A DNA stretch of 64,000 nucleotides, taken from contig CABRZP010000003.1 in NCBI GenBank assembly GCA_902475545.1, positions 72,422 through 136,421 of the forward strand, read 5' to 3'. The position numbers and the translations under genes are program-made. This document shows, piece after piece, positions 55,165 to 64,000 of this stretch. The notes beneath the pieces are model-generated. The model worked only from the letters and a program-made list of their open reading frames with translations, made no database searches and was not told the origin of the DNA. The stretch's first letter is position 1, and the number at the start of each line of letters is the position of its first letter. The DNA is from an uncultured bacterium. GTDB taxonomy: Bacteria > Cyanobacteriota > Vampirovibrionia > Gastranaerophilales > Gastranaerophilaceae.

Positions 55165-56022
55165 ATGAAAACTAATATTTATCAATCACAAGTTGTTAAT
55201 ATGCAATCACTTAATAATTTATTTATAGAATTGACTGCGAAATCATGTAATCAACATTGCAAACATTGTTATATAGATTTTCCACAATATAGCAAAGTTA
55301 ATGATTACATTAGCACAGATACTGTAAAAAAAGCTTTAGATGATACAATAAATGAAAACATTGAATGCATATATCTTACCGGAGCAGAACCAATGACTCA
55401 TCCTGATTTTAACACAATTTTAAGATTATGCTTAAAACGTTCTAATGTCTGTATTTGCACTAATGGCTCATTCATCAATGAAAAAAAAGCACGATTTTTA
55501 AAAAAAGTTGAGGATGAATCATCAAATGAAATTATTTTTAAACTTAGCTTAGATCATTATGAAGAGATAAAAAACGATGATATAAGATACCGAGGAGCAT
55601 TCAGACAAGCCGTATTCGCAATTAAACATTTGTGCAAATACAGCTTTAATCCAATCATTACTGTTACAAACTACTATAATTTATCAGAACAGGACATTTT
55701 TGAAGGTTTCGGTGTACTTTTTAAAAATATGAAATTAGACTTAGACAGTTCAAATATCCAAATTAACCGCTGGCACGATAAAAACTCACAGATTGACGAA
55801 AATTTATCTGAGAAATGGGAAAGTTTAGATTGTGAAAATGGTAGAATTTTAACAGCTACAGGAGTTTATACCTGCCCGTTTTTAGCAAATGATTATCGAG
55901 GACGTTGCGGCAGCAGTTTTGAAGATTATACAAAAAGAAGTTCGTTAGAAACGAACTTCTGTAATACCTGTATTAAATCTAAAAAACAATTATTCGGAAT
56001 AGATTTTTCAAAATTTGAATAA
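55165..56022 (+). CDS. Radical SAM enzyme with a Cys-rich C-terminal (SPASM/Twitch-like) region
   Basis: CNQHCKHCY (CX3CX2C), GAEPMTHPDF. C-terminal cysteines: CENGRILTATGVYTCPF...CGSS...CNTC. Confidence 0.8.
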   Translation: MKTNIYQSQVVNMQSLNNLFIELTAKSCNQHCKHCYIDFPQYSKVNDYISTDTVKKALDDTINENIECIYLTGAEPMTHPDFNTILRLCLKRSNVCICTNGSFINEKKARFLKKVEDESSNEIIFKLSLDHYEEIKNDDIRYRGAFRQAVFAIKHLCKYSFNPIITVTNYYNLSEQDIFEGFGVLFKNMKLDLDSSNIQINRWHDKNSQIDENLSEKWESLDCENGRILTATGVYTCPFLANDYRGRCGSSFEDYTKRSSLETNFCNTCIKSKKQLFGIDFSKFE

Positions 56023-56028
56023 AATATA

Positions 56029-56610
56029 TTATTTTTTAGAATATAATTTTACTTTAAAATTGATTAGCAAAATCTTTTTATTCTTTTTATAAGGGACAAT
56101 TTCAACAGATTGAAGATCCAAAAAATGCTCATGTTTATACATTTCTTTTAAGAAATTATCATAACTGGCATAATCACCAATCATTTCCATGTTCAGGCGT
56201 GCTACATTATATTTATCTTTAGCTCCCTGAACAAAATTGTCATCTTGCGGATCATAATCATATTTGATTGATCTAACTTTAATTTTATTAGCCCTTACAA
56301 GCTGAAGAACTTCCGCAAATTCACCTGCAATAACAGCTTCAGTATCCATTCCGGCTTCAATTGGCTTGTAGAACGGTTTACCCGCATTTGCATTTTCTTG
56401 AGATTCTTGTTCCTGTTCTTTCTTTTTTAATTCTTCTAATCTTGCTTGTTTTTCTTGTAATGTAGTTGTTTTATTAACAATCTCTTGTTTTGTTGCCATA
56501 ATTGTTTGGACATTTGTAAAAATTTGAGGTGCTAAATAACAAACTCCAACAATAGTAAGAACTAACAACATTATAGGTACTAAAAAAGCTTTTAATTTTT
56601 CATTATCCAT
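56029..56610 (-). CDS. pilO: PilO-like type IV pilus assembly protein
   Basis: 193 aa with an N-terminal TM, a coiled coil (LQEKQARLEELKKKEQEQ) and a ferredoxin-like C-terminal region. Lies directly downstream of the pilM/N-like gene. Confidence 0.55.
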   Translation of the reverse strand: MDNEKLKAFLVPIMLLVLTIVGVCYLAPQIFTNVQTIMATKQEIVNKTTTLQEKQARLEELKKKEQEQESQENANAGKPFYKPIEAGMDTEAVIAGEFAEVLQLVRANKIKVRSIKYDYDPQDDNFVQGAKDKYNVARLNMEMIGDYASYDNFLKEMYKHEHFLDLQSVEIVPYKKNKKILLINFKVKLYSKK

Positions 56611-56629
56611 GTATTATAATTCCTTATAA

Positions 56630-58333
56630 TTAATTTCCGTTAGCAGGGGCTTCCCCTTGATTTTGTTGTGCATTCGGATCTTGTTGTTGACCCTGCTGCT
56701 GATTATTGTTATTATTTGCATCTTTAGGTGCAAATAATTTATCCATAAATGATTTCAATTGAGAATCATCCATATTAGTTATTTCAAATACATACGGAGC
56801 ATCATCAACAGTTGATATTGTACTTGTAACAATTTTATCCAATGATCCGCTCTTTAAATCCAGTTTACTAATACGAAGTTTTGATTCAACAAGAGAATCT
56901 TTCAAATTCTTGAAGAACACATAAACATCTTCCACAGAATCTGCACAGCCTTTGATATCAATCATTCCATCTTCACCTGTCATAAAATATGTAAGATAAA
57001 GACTTTTTGGTACTGATTCACCAAGTGCAGCGTATGCCATAATTTTAATTCGATTATTTTTCAAAACTCTTTCGATTTCTGCAATCGGATCAAAATCACT
57101 TCCACCTTGATTTTCCATTGCTTTAATTTGTTCATCAATACTTGTAATTTGTGCGTCCAAATTAGCACTTTCTTCTTGAACTTTAAGACACATATTATTT
57201 GCCATAAAATGTCCTACACCAACAGGTCCAAGAATTAAAGCGAGAATAATACCGGCAATAACTGATGCTTTTTGAGGTGTAAGTTGTATAGTTTTACCAT
57301 TTCCGATTGGAATATCTATAACTTCTACATGGGCAGCTTTTTGTCCTGTAGCAGCTAAAAAGTCTACGACAATCGGGAACGCCGTATCCGGAGCAATAAA
57401 ACCAATTGTTGGCAATGAAACCTTGATTTGGTCTTCAGGAAGAATATTTAAACTCATCTCAACTAATGGTTCTTTTTTAAATTTATTATCTTCTACCGGA
57501 ATTACAGTCCCGCTAAATTGAAGCCTGTTTCCAAGAATTTCTGCAGAAAGTAATTCAGTTTCAGAAATAACAACCAATGCTGAAGATGGAGTACTCATCA
57601 AAGCAATTTGTGCAGAGTTGCTTACAGAAGAATAAATTTCTTCACCTTCATAAGATTTTAATGGAAGAGGTTCTTCATAGTATTCAACAATTTTTTGTCC
57701 AACAAGTCCATACATTTGATAACCGGAACTGTTAACAATCATCAAACTCCAAGAACTACCTTCACCCATTACACTTGTCGCAATACCACCGGCATACAAT
57801 GCTTTAAGTGATGAAAACAGTGAACAGGTCACACCAACAAGAACGGCACCCATTCCTGTAAGGATATCTTTAATTTGATTTACTGCTTCCACCTGTAATG
57901 CGGTATAAAAAACGCTTCTGGAATCTGTATTTGTAGATTGTAAATCATCAAACCAAAACGGTAACGGCTCTTTTCTCTTAAAAATATAAGAGGATTCCAA
58001 TTCACCAATAATAATATTAGAAATAGCAGATTCATCCAAAAGTAACGGAATACCTTCTTTATGCCCGAACCAAACTGTAGGTAAGTTCAAATGAACATTA
58101 GCCTTCTTTGGATCAATATGTCTTTCTTTAAATAAATCTTCTACCGCAGCTTTAAACTGTTCGTAGTTAGCGATTTCTCTCTGTGCTTCATTATATTCTA
58201 AAGGGGTTTGAGCATAAGACTTAACATTACCTCTGGCATCTAGCAGCATTAACTCTAACCCGCTTGATTGCGTAACGGAAAGATATACTTCAACTCTTCC
58301 CCCCAGTCCCAAACTGTCTAAAAAACTTGCCAT
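56630..58333 (-). CDS. pilMN: PilM-PilN-like fusion protein with a Q/N-rich C-terminal tail
   Basis: 567 aa. The N-terminal ~350 aa look actin-like/PilM-like, followed by TM ASVIAGIILALILGPVGVG, a coiled coil and a PilN-like region. The tail is NNNNQQQGQQQDPNAQQNQ. Confidence 0.5.
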   Translation of the reverse strand: MASFLDSLGLGGRVEVYLSVTQSSGLELMLLDARGNVKSYAQTPLEYNEAQREIANYEQFKAAVEDLFKERHIDPKKANVHLNLPTVWFGHKEGIPLLLDESAISNIIIGELESSYIFKRKEPLPFWFDDLQSTNTDSRSVFYTALQVEAVNQIKDILTGMGAVLVGVTCSLFSSLKALYAGGIATSVMGEGSSWSLMIVNSSGYQMYGLVGQKIVEYYEEPLPLKSYEGEEIYSSVSNSAQIALMSTPSSALVVISETELLSAEILGNRLQFSGTVIPVEDNKFKKEPLVEMSLNILPEDQIKVSLPTIGFIAPDTAFPIVVDFLAATGQKAAHVEVIDIPIGNGKTIQLTPQKASVIAGIILALILGPVGVGHFMANNMCLKVQEESANLDAQITSIDEQIKAMENQGGSDFDPIAEIERVLKNNRIKIMAYAALGESVPKSLYLTYFMTGEDGMIDIKGCADSVEDVYVFFKNLKDSLVESKLRISKLDLKSGSLDKIVTSTISTVDDAPYVFEITNMDDSQLKSFMDKLFAPKDANNNNNQQQGQQQDPNAQQNQGEAPANGN

Positions 58334-58442
58334 ATCTTCTTTCTTAATCTTTTTACTATTATCCTTTTTTATTATACAATATATTTTATAAATAGAAAAA
58401 TTTTAACATAAATTTACACTAAACGGAGGAAAATCATTTAAA

Positions 58443-59351
58443 ATGGTAACAACTATAGAGAAAATAAAGAAACTAAAAAGAGAGAAAAATGCAGTAATTC
58501 TTGCACATTGCTATCAACCCGTAGAAATAGATTTAGTTGCAGATTACGTAGGAGATTCATTGTATCTAAGTCAGGTTGCAGCAAAAACAGATGCAGATAT
58601 AATTATATTTGCAGGTGTATATTTTATGGCTCAAACTGCAAAGTTGTTATCACCGGAGAAAAAAGTCTTATTACCGCAGATTGAAGCAGGATGCAGAATG
58701 GCGGATATGATAAGCCTTAATCAGTTAAAAGAATTTAAAGCTAAATACCCTAATATTCCTGTAGTTTGCTATGTAAATTCAACCGCTGAAGTAAAATCTG
58801 AATGCGACATGTGCTGTACAAGTTCAAATGCAGTAAAAGTTGTAAAAAGCATGAATGAAGAAAAAATTCTTTTTGCTCCTGATACATATTTAGGTAAATG
58901 GGTTGAAAAACAACTCGGGAATGTGGAAGTAATAACCTATCCGGGATTTTGTCCGACACATTTACGTATTAGACCTGAAGACATTGAAAAAGCCAGACAA
59001 GAACACCCTAATGCACTAGTTCTTGCACATCCGGAATGTCATACTTCGGTTTCTGATATAGCTGATTATGTAGGCAGTACAACAGGTATTATGAAATTCG
59101 CAAACGAAAGCAATAACAAATCTTTCATTATTGCAACTGAGTCAGGTGTTATTGACAGATTAAGACGTGATTATCCGGAAAAAGAATTTATTCCTGTAAA
59201 ATCAAACATCGTTTGTCCAAATATGAAAATGACTTCCCTTGAAGATATTTTAAATGTTTTAGAAAATGAAAGTAACGAAATATTTGTAGATGAACAAATC
59301 GCTCAAAAAGCTGTTAAATGTATCGACAGAATGCTGGAGGTTTCAAAATAA
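58443..59351 (+). CDS. nadA: Quinolinate synthase
   Basis: ILAHCYQ...DYVGDS, YFMAQTAK, CYVNSTAEVK, VLAHPEC. 302 aa. Confidence 0.95.
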   Translation: MVTTIEKIKKLKREKNAVILAHCYQPVEIDLVADYVGDSLYLSQVAAKTDADIIIFAGVYFMAQTAKLLSPEKKVLLPQIEAGCRMADMISLNQLKEFKAKYPNIPVVCYVNSTAEVKSECDMCCTSSNAVKVVKSMNEEKILFAPDTYLGKWVEKQLGNVEVITYPGFCPTHLRIRPEDIEKARQEHPNALVLAHPECHTSVSDIADYVGSTTGIMKFANESNNKSFIIATESGVIDRLRRDYPEKEFIPVKSNIVCPNMKMTSLEDILNVLENESNEIFVDEQIAQKAVKCIDRMLEVSK

Positions 59352-59353
59352 TT

Positions 59354-60154
59354 ATGGAAAATTCCAAGGGTAAAAATCATAAAACAAATACATCGAACTC
59401 TGCTCCTATCGGAGAAGATATAATTTTTGGCAAAAACTCTGTTATGGAAGCACTTATTACAGGCAACAGAGAAATAAATAAAATTTTGATATCAAAAAAT
59501 ATTCATACTGATGTTAAAATTAATAAAATTAAAGAACTAGCCCAACAGCAAGGCATTGTTTTTCAGTTTGTTGCCAGAGAAAAGTTTCAAGCTTATGCAG
59601 AATTTAACCATCAGGGAATTATTGCCCAAATTTCACCAATTAAATACTTAGACTTAGATGAATTTATAGAAAATAATACAGCTTCAAATTCATCACTTGT
59701 TATTTTAGACGGTGTCGAAGATTCACATAACCTCGGTGCAATCATAAGAACTTGCGTTTGTGCAGGAGTTGACGGCATAATTATCCCGTCAAGACGAAAT
59801 GTACAGGTAAATTCAATCGTAGAAAAAACCAGTGCAGGTGCAATAAATCATATTCCGATTATAAAAGTCAATAGCCTTGTTAATGCGGTACAAAAATTAA
59901 AAGATAACAACTGGTGGGTAATTGCCACAGATGCTTCAGCAAAAGATAATTATTATGATGTTAAATATGACGATATGAACTTTGCAATAATTATGGGGGC
60001 AGAGCATGCAGGAGTTTCAAAATCTTTATTAAAAGCATCAGATTTTGTTGTAAAAATCCCTATGCAAAACAGTTTTAATTCCTTAAATGTATCAAATGCA
60101 TTAAGTGCAATTATTTTTGAAGCATTAAGACAAAAACTTATTAAAAATAAATAG
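59354..60154 (+). CDS. rlmB: TrmH/SpoU family 23S rRNA (guanosine-2'-O)-methyltransferase
   Basis: IFGKNSVMEAL (SpoU substrate-binding), LDGVEDSHNLGAIIRT, IIMGAEHAGVS, IPMQNSFNSLNVSNA. The ORF track opens at 59318, inside nadA. Confidence 0.88.
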   Translation: MENSKGKNHKTNTSNSAPIGEDIIFGKNSVMEALITGNREINKILISKNIHTDVKINKIKELAQQQGIVFQFVAREKFQAYAEFNHQGIIAQISPIKYLDLDEFIENNTASNSSLVILDGVEDSHNLGAIIRTCVCAGVDGIIIPSRRNVQVNSIVEKTSAGAINHIPIIKVNSLVNAVQKLKDNNWWVIATDASAKDNYYDVKYDDMNFAIIMGAEHAGVSKSLLKASDFVVKIPMQNSFNSLNVSNALSAIIFEALRQKLIKNK

Positions 60155-60218
60155 TGCAGCTGTATGACCTCAAATTATTTTCTTAGTTATATTATAAGTA
60201 TAAGATTGGAGAAATATT

Positions 60219-61241
60219 GTGGTTAAAGAATTTGAACATCTGGGTATAATGATAGACGACATTTCTGACGAAAATGTCGACTTTAAAAAGTTGCAAGAAC
60301 TTGAACCTGACAATGATGAACAGGATGGAGAAGATGTTTTAAAATCTGTAGAAGATCCAAAAGTTCAAGAAAGTTTGTTATCTGTAAATTCCGATGACAG
60401 TGTAAAAATATATTTAAGACAAATTGGTAAAATCCCGCTGCTTAGTCAAGAAGAAGAATTAGATTTAGCCAGAAAAATTCAAGAAGAGCATGATACTTTT
60501 TCAAAAGATTTACTGGTAAATGCAAATTTACGTTTAGTTGTAAGTATTGCAAAAAAATATATAGGCCGCGGCTTGTCATTTCTGGATTTAATACAAGAAG
60601 GAAATGTTGGTCTTATCAAAGCTGCAAACAGATTTGATTATAAAAAAGGCTACAAATTTTCAACTTACGCAACTTGGTGGATTCAACAATCTATAACCAG
60701 AGCAATTGCAGATAAGGCAAGAATAATAAGATTACCTATTCATATGATTGATTCTATAGGTAAAATCAGAAGAACAACACTTGAATTAACAACAGAACTT
60801 GGCAGAACACCTACAAAACAAGAAATTGCGTATAGATTAGGATATTCCGTATCTAAACTGACTGCAATAATCAAATCCGCTCAATCTACTGTTAGTATGG
60901 ATACTCCTGCAACTTCAGATGACGATTCTTCAAAAATTGCAGATTTTATTGTTGATAATTCAACAATTACTCCTGATGGCAAAGTTTCTCAAGATAATTT
61001 ATTGGAAGATACCAGAAAAATTCTAAATCAGCTTAGCCAAAAAGAACGCGACGTTTTAATTTTACGTTACGGGCTGGACAACAGCGGAATGAAGAAAACT
61101 CTGGATGAAATCGGTTCTCAATACGGAGTATCGAGAGAAAGAATTCGTCAGATTGAAACCCGTGCAATTTCAAAACTAAAAAAATTATGTAAAGATAAAA
61201 AATTACATGATGGTTTAGTTAACTATTTTGGCGGAGTATAA
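60219..61241 (+). CDS. rpoD: RpoD-family (group 1/2) sigma-70 factor
   Basis: [77 protein letters not shown]. Confidence 0.93.
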   Translation: MVKEFEHLGIMIDDISDENVDFKKLQELEPDNDEQDGEDVLKSVEDPKVQESLLSVNSDDSVKIYLRQIGKIPLLSQEEELDLARKIQEEHDTFSKDLLVNANLRLVVSIAKKYIGRGLSFLDLIQEGNVGLIKAANRFDYKKGYKFSTYATWWIQQSITRAIADKARIIRLPIHMIDSIGKIRRTTLELTTELGRTPTKQEIAYRLGYSVSKLTAIIKSAQSTVSMDTPATSDDDSSKIADFIVDNSTITPDGKVSQDNLLEDTRKILNQLSQKERDVLILRYGLDNSGMKKTLDEIGSQYGVSRERIRQIETRAISKLKKLCKDKKLHDGLVNYFGGV

Positions 61242-61270
61242 TTAAATTTATATATTCTAAAATGTCAGAA

Positions 61271-62560
61271 CTAGTCTTTTGTTGTCGGTAACTTAACACA
61301 GAATTCTGTTCTGACATTTTCTTCACTTGTTACCGTAATCTCTCCACCATGTGCCTGTGCAATTTGCTGAGAAAGATATAACCCTAAACCTGTACCGACT
61401 TTTCTCAATTTCTTTGCAACGGAATAATATTTATTAAAAACCATTTTTATTTCATTTTTGCTTATGCCCTGACCAAAATCTACAACTGAGATTGTTATAA
61501 ATTCAGGAATCTCGCCAATTGATACTTCAATATCTTTTTTGCTGTTACTATGATCTATTGCATTCGAAATTAAGTTTTTAATTACTCGCTGTAATTGAAT
61601 AGGATCTGCAAAAATAACAGGATTATTTTTAGATGGGATGAACTTTATTCCCATTCTGGTATCTTTCGCAATTGTTTGCATTTCATCTGCAATTTCTTTG
61701 ATAAATGGATTTAAAACAATATCTTCTTTTACAAGTTTTATACCTTTTTCATGAATTTTATAAGTTTCTAAAAGAATTTGTACCAAATCGAGAAGTTCTT
61801 TATTCGAATCTTTCATACTATTCAACGCAAACTCTTGCTTATCCGATATTGAACCAAATTTTTCCGCCAAGAATAAATCAATCATATTTGCAGCGGCAAT
61901 AATCGGTACTTTCAAATCATGCGTTAAAGTGGCAACAAAATCTTCCTTTAATGTTTCTATTTCTTTTTCTGTAGTTATATCTTTTATAATTAGAACATAC
62001 CTTTTCTTTTCCATGGAAGAAAGCGGCTGGGAATTAATAATGAAATTGTTAGTCGGAGTATGTTTTATAAAGACTTCGACATTATTCAATTGTTCAACAT
62101 CTTTTTCATCATCTGCCGGTTGGATAAATTCAAAAACATTTTTCCCGACGATATCTTTCCCTTTCACTCCAAACCATTTTAAAATTTTAGGAGTTGCTCT
62201 TAGAATTTCAAATTTTTCATTGATAATTAAAATACCATCAGACAATGAATTAATTACAGATTCCAAAAGTTTATTCTGCCTCATTAATTCAGCCTGATAT
62301 TCAATAATCATTTTTTCTCTGTCATTAAGAGTTTCAACCATTCTGTTAATACTGTCAGTAACGTTTTGATATGTAGGATGTTCAATTTTTTCAATTTTTG
62401 TCGATAAGTTTCCATAGCGGATAGAATCAACAGTTGTTGTAACCTTGCCAAGATAGTCATTGATTTTAGACCAACGTTTATTTGTCTTTCTGGTTATGAA
62501 AAACAAACAGATAAATACAATAATTACACAGATATTAATTATATAAAAATATGAAAACAT
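61271..62560 (-). CDS. Sensor histidine kinase (TM, linker, PAS-like, HisKA, HATPase_c)
   Basis: H-box FVATLTHDLKVPI, N-box ISNAIDHS, G-boxes DFGQGI and GTGLGLYLS. No adjacent response regulator. Confidence 0.9.
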   Translation of the reverse strand: MFSYFYIINICVIIVFICLFFITRKTNKRWSKINDYLGKVTTTVDSIRYGNLSTKIEKIEHPTYQNVTDSINRMVETLNDREKMIIEYQAELMRQNKLLESVINSLSDGILIINEKFEILRATPKILKWFGVKGKDIVGKNVFEFIQPADDEKDVEQLNNVEVFIKHTPTNNFIINSQPLSSMEKKRYVLIIKDITTEKEIETLKEDFVATLTHDLKVPIIAAANMIDLFLAEKFGSISDKQEFALNSMKDSNKELLDLVQILLETYKIHEKGIKLVKEDIVLNPFIKEIADEMQTIAKDTRMGIKFIPSKNNPVIFADPIQLQRVIKNLISNAIDHSNSKKDIEVSIGEIPEFITISVVDFGQGISKNEIKMVFNKYYSVAKKLRKVGTGLGLYLSQQIAQAHGGEITVTSEENVRTEFCVKLPTTKD

Positions 62561-62661
62561 TTATTACTTTTTTACTCTCACTCACTTAAAATTTATGACT
62601 TATATGTTATAATTATATCAAATAGTTTGAAGTTTGTTAAGGGTTCAGGTAAGAAATTAAA

Positions 62662-63144
62662 ATGTCGAAAATAAAACTGCCTAAATCAATAAAAATGATT
62701 ATCACAGATTTTGATGGAATTGTAACTGATAATTGCGTATATATTAATGAAGATTTTACAATGTCAAGAAAACTTAATTTTAAAGATGTTATGGGATTTT
62801 CACTATTAAAAAAGAACGGTTATGATATTGCAATAATATCAGGCGAAAGAAATTCGGCTATTGAAACAATGGCTAACAAATTTCAAATATCAGAAATACA
62901 TCAGGGAATAAGAATCAAGATTGATGTTTTAAAAACTATTGTTGAGAAATACAATTTATCACAAGATGAATATGCTTATTTGGGCGATGATGTGAATGAT
63001 TTAGATTGTTTAAATTTTGCAAAATACAAAATTACCGTTCCTCATGCTGTTGATAAAGTAAAATCGGTAAAAGATATTCAGATAACTTCAAATCAAGCAG
63101 GTAACGGTGCATTTAGAGAGGTAGTTGATTGTTTAGTTGGGTAG
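62662..63144 (+). CDS. kdsC: KDO 8-phosphate phosphatase (HAD-IIIA, YrbI family)
   Basis: IITDFDGIVTDN, ISGERNS, YLGDDVNDL. 160 aa. Confidence 0.85.
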   Translation: MSKIKLPKSIKMIITDFDGIVTDNCVYINEDFTMSRKLNFKDVMGFSLLKKNGYDIAIISGERNSAIETMANKFQISEIHQGIRIKIDVLKTIVEKYNLSQDEYAYLGDDVNDLDCLNFAKYKITVPHAVDKVKSVKDIQITSNQAGNGAFREVVDCLVG

Positions 63145-64000
63145 AAAAAATCAGTAAAAATATAAAAGACTTAAGCGGTTCGGTTGATAAATACAAAAGT
63201 GATTCAATAATCCAATCTCTACCGTCTGTTGCTTATGTCAATAAAGCAAAAAAACTAATTAACGAAAAACGTATAGATGAAGCTGAAGCCGTCCTAAAAA
63301 AAGCTTTAGATATTTCCGTTCAAGATTCCAGAATTTATAAATTTTTAGGAAAAATATATGAACAAAAATTCAACTTTGAAGAAGCTGTAAATTATTATAA
63401 ACAATCTGCAGATTTATCTCCTCAAGATAAAGAAATATGGCTTCGCCTTGGAATGAGCCAGCTTAGTGCAAATTTATTAAATGACGCACTAATATCATTT
63501 GAAAAAGCTGATAAAGTATGCCCTTATAATACCGATGTTTTTACCGGCTGGGGTATGGTTTTAATGAAATTAAAAAAATATGCTTTAGCAAGAGATAAAT
63601 TTGTTACAGCATCCAAAATCAGCAAATATAATTTTACTGCAATTTTGCTTTCCGCAGTTATGGAAGTCAAATTAAATGATTATGAATCTGCGGAAATGAA
63701 ATTAAGTTTTTTAGCTAAAGTTGCCCCTAACGAAGGCAGTTTATATGAATATGCACATTTAAAACTTTTAAAATCAGACTACGACGCAGCAATCAAATAC
63801 GCTAAAAAGACACTCGAAATAAACAAACAAATGCTTCCGGCATATTTAATTCTTGGTGAAGTTTATTCAATAAAAAAAGATATTGAAAACACAGAAAAAA
63901 TATTTAACAAAGCTATTGAATACGATTTAGACGATTCACTACTACATTTTGAATGGGGTAAAGCTTATGTTAGATTTTTCGAATTTCAAAAAGCGAAAGA
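63129..64000 (+). CDS. TPR repeat protein (3' end runs off the window)
   Basis: Hand-translated open frame from TTG 63129 to the window end, preceded in frame by TGA at 63126: ...AVNYYKQSADLSPQDKEIWLRLG..., AIKYAKKTLEINKQMLPAYLILG. Overlaps the kdsC stop by 16 nt. Absent from the ORF track because there is no stop in the window. Confidence 0.7.
   Translation, partial: MFSWVEKISKNIKDLSGSVDKYKSDSIIQSLPSVAYVNKAKKLINEKRIDEAEAVLKKALDISVQDSRIYKFLGKIYEQKFNFEEAVNYYKQSADLSPQDKEIWLRLGMSQLSANLLNDALISFEKADKVCPYNTDVFTGWGMVLMKLKKYALARDKFVTASKISKYNFTAILLSAVMEVKLNDYESAEMKLSFLAKVAPNEGSLYEYAHLKLLKSDYDAAIKYAKKTLEINKQMLPAYLILGEVYSIKKDIENTEKIFNKAIEYDLDDSLLHFEWGKAYVRFFEFQKAK

Noticed and set aside
55165-56022. 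Prokaryotic viperin (pVip) antiviral radical SAM enzyme
   Set aside because: The size and CX3CX2C motif fit. The C-terminal Cys cluster and the glycan-gene context fit a SPASM/Twitch-type enzyme better. No adjacent kinase or nucleotide-related gene is present. This cannot be decided without an HMM search.

Overview
AT-rich bacterial chromosomal window using the standard genetic code (TGA is used as a stop). The organism is a diderm: KdsC, an outer-membrane-factor lipoprotein, a TonB-C-like domain and PilM/N/O are all present. The GroEL and sigma-70 sequences and a DUF1822-like domain suggest a cyanobacteria-related non-photosynthetic lineage (Melainabacteria-like); this is inference only.

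Layout:
1. 0.2-9.9 kb: phage-derived lysis, head and packaging block (LuxR-type HTH, amidase, P22 gp10-like protein, coat, scaffold, TerS, GNAT, portal, TerL). No integrase, replication or tail-fibre genes are visible.
2. 9.9-15.7 kb: three unknown minus-strand genes, including a 1217-aa protein.
3. 15.8-23.2 kb: housekeeping genes (double GNAT, ribBA, ribE, groESL, cysE, tyrS). A 341-bp G+C-enriched foldback element sits in the groEL-ribE spacer.
4. 23.3-25.4 kb: orphan tail-fibre-like gene with a chaperone-like gene, plus small unknown genes.
5. 25.6-34.4 kb: a giant acidic membrane protein with a TonB-C-like end, a degenerate sigma-like protein, a zinc-ribbon STAND ATPase-TPR protein and a TPR protein.
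6. BI-1 family protein, then tRNA-Asn followed by a decayed transposon remnant.
7. hisS, XRE regulator, two glycosyltransferases, gloA, murA.
8. OMF, marR, emrA, two tandem emrB paralogs and a SulP transporter.
9. tRNA-Gln with a 16-bp duplication of its 3' end, then a glycan cluster that includes a bacterial GT6 (blood-group-transferase family, NXN variant), an HMGL-like aldolase and a radical SAM enzyme.
10. pilO, a pilM-N fusion, nadA, a TrmH-family methyltransferase, rpoD-like sigma, a histidine kinase, kdsC and a partial TPR gene.

I found no rRNA, CRISPR array, cas gene, reverse transcriptase or integrase. All functional calls come from reading the translated ORFs against remembered family motifs. 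No database search was run.
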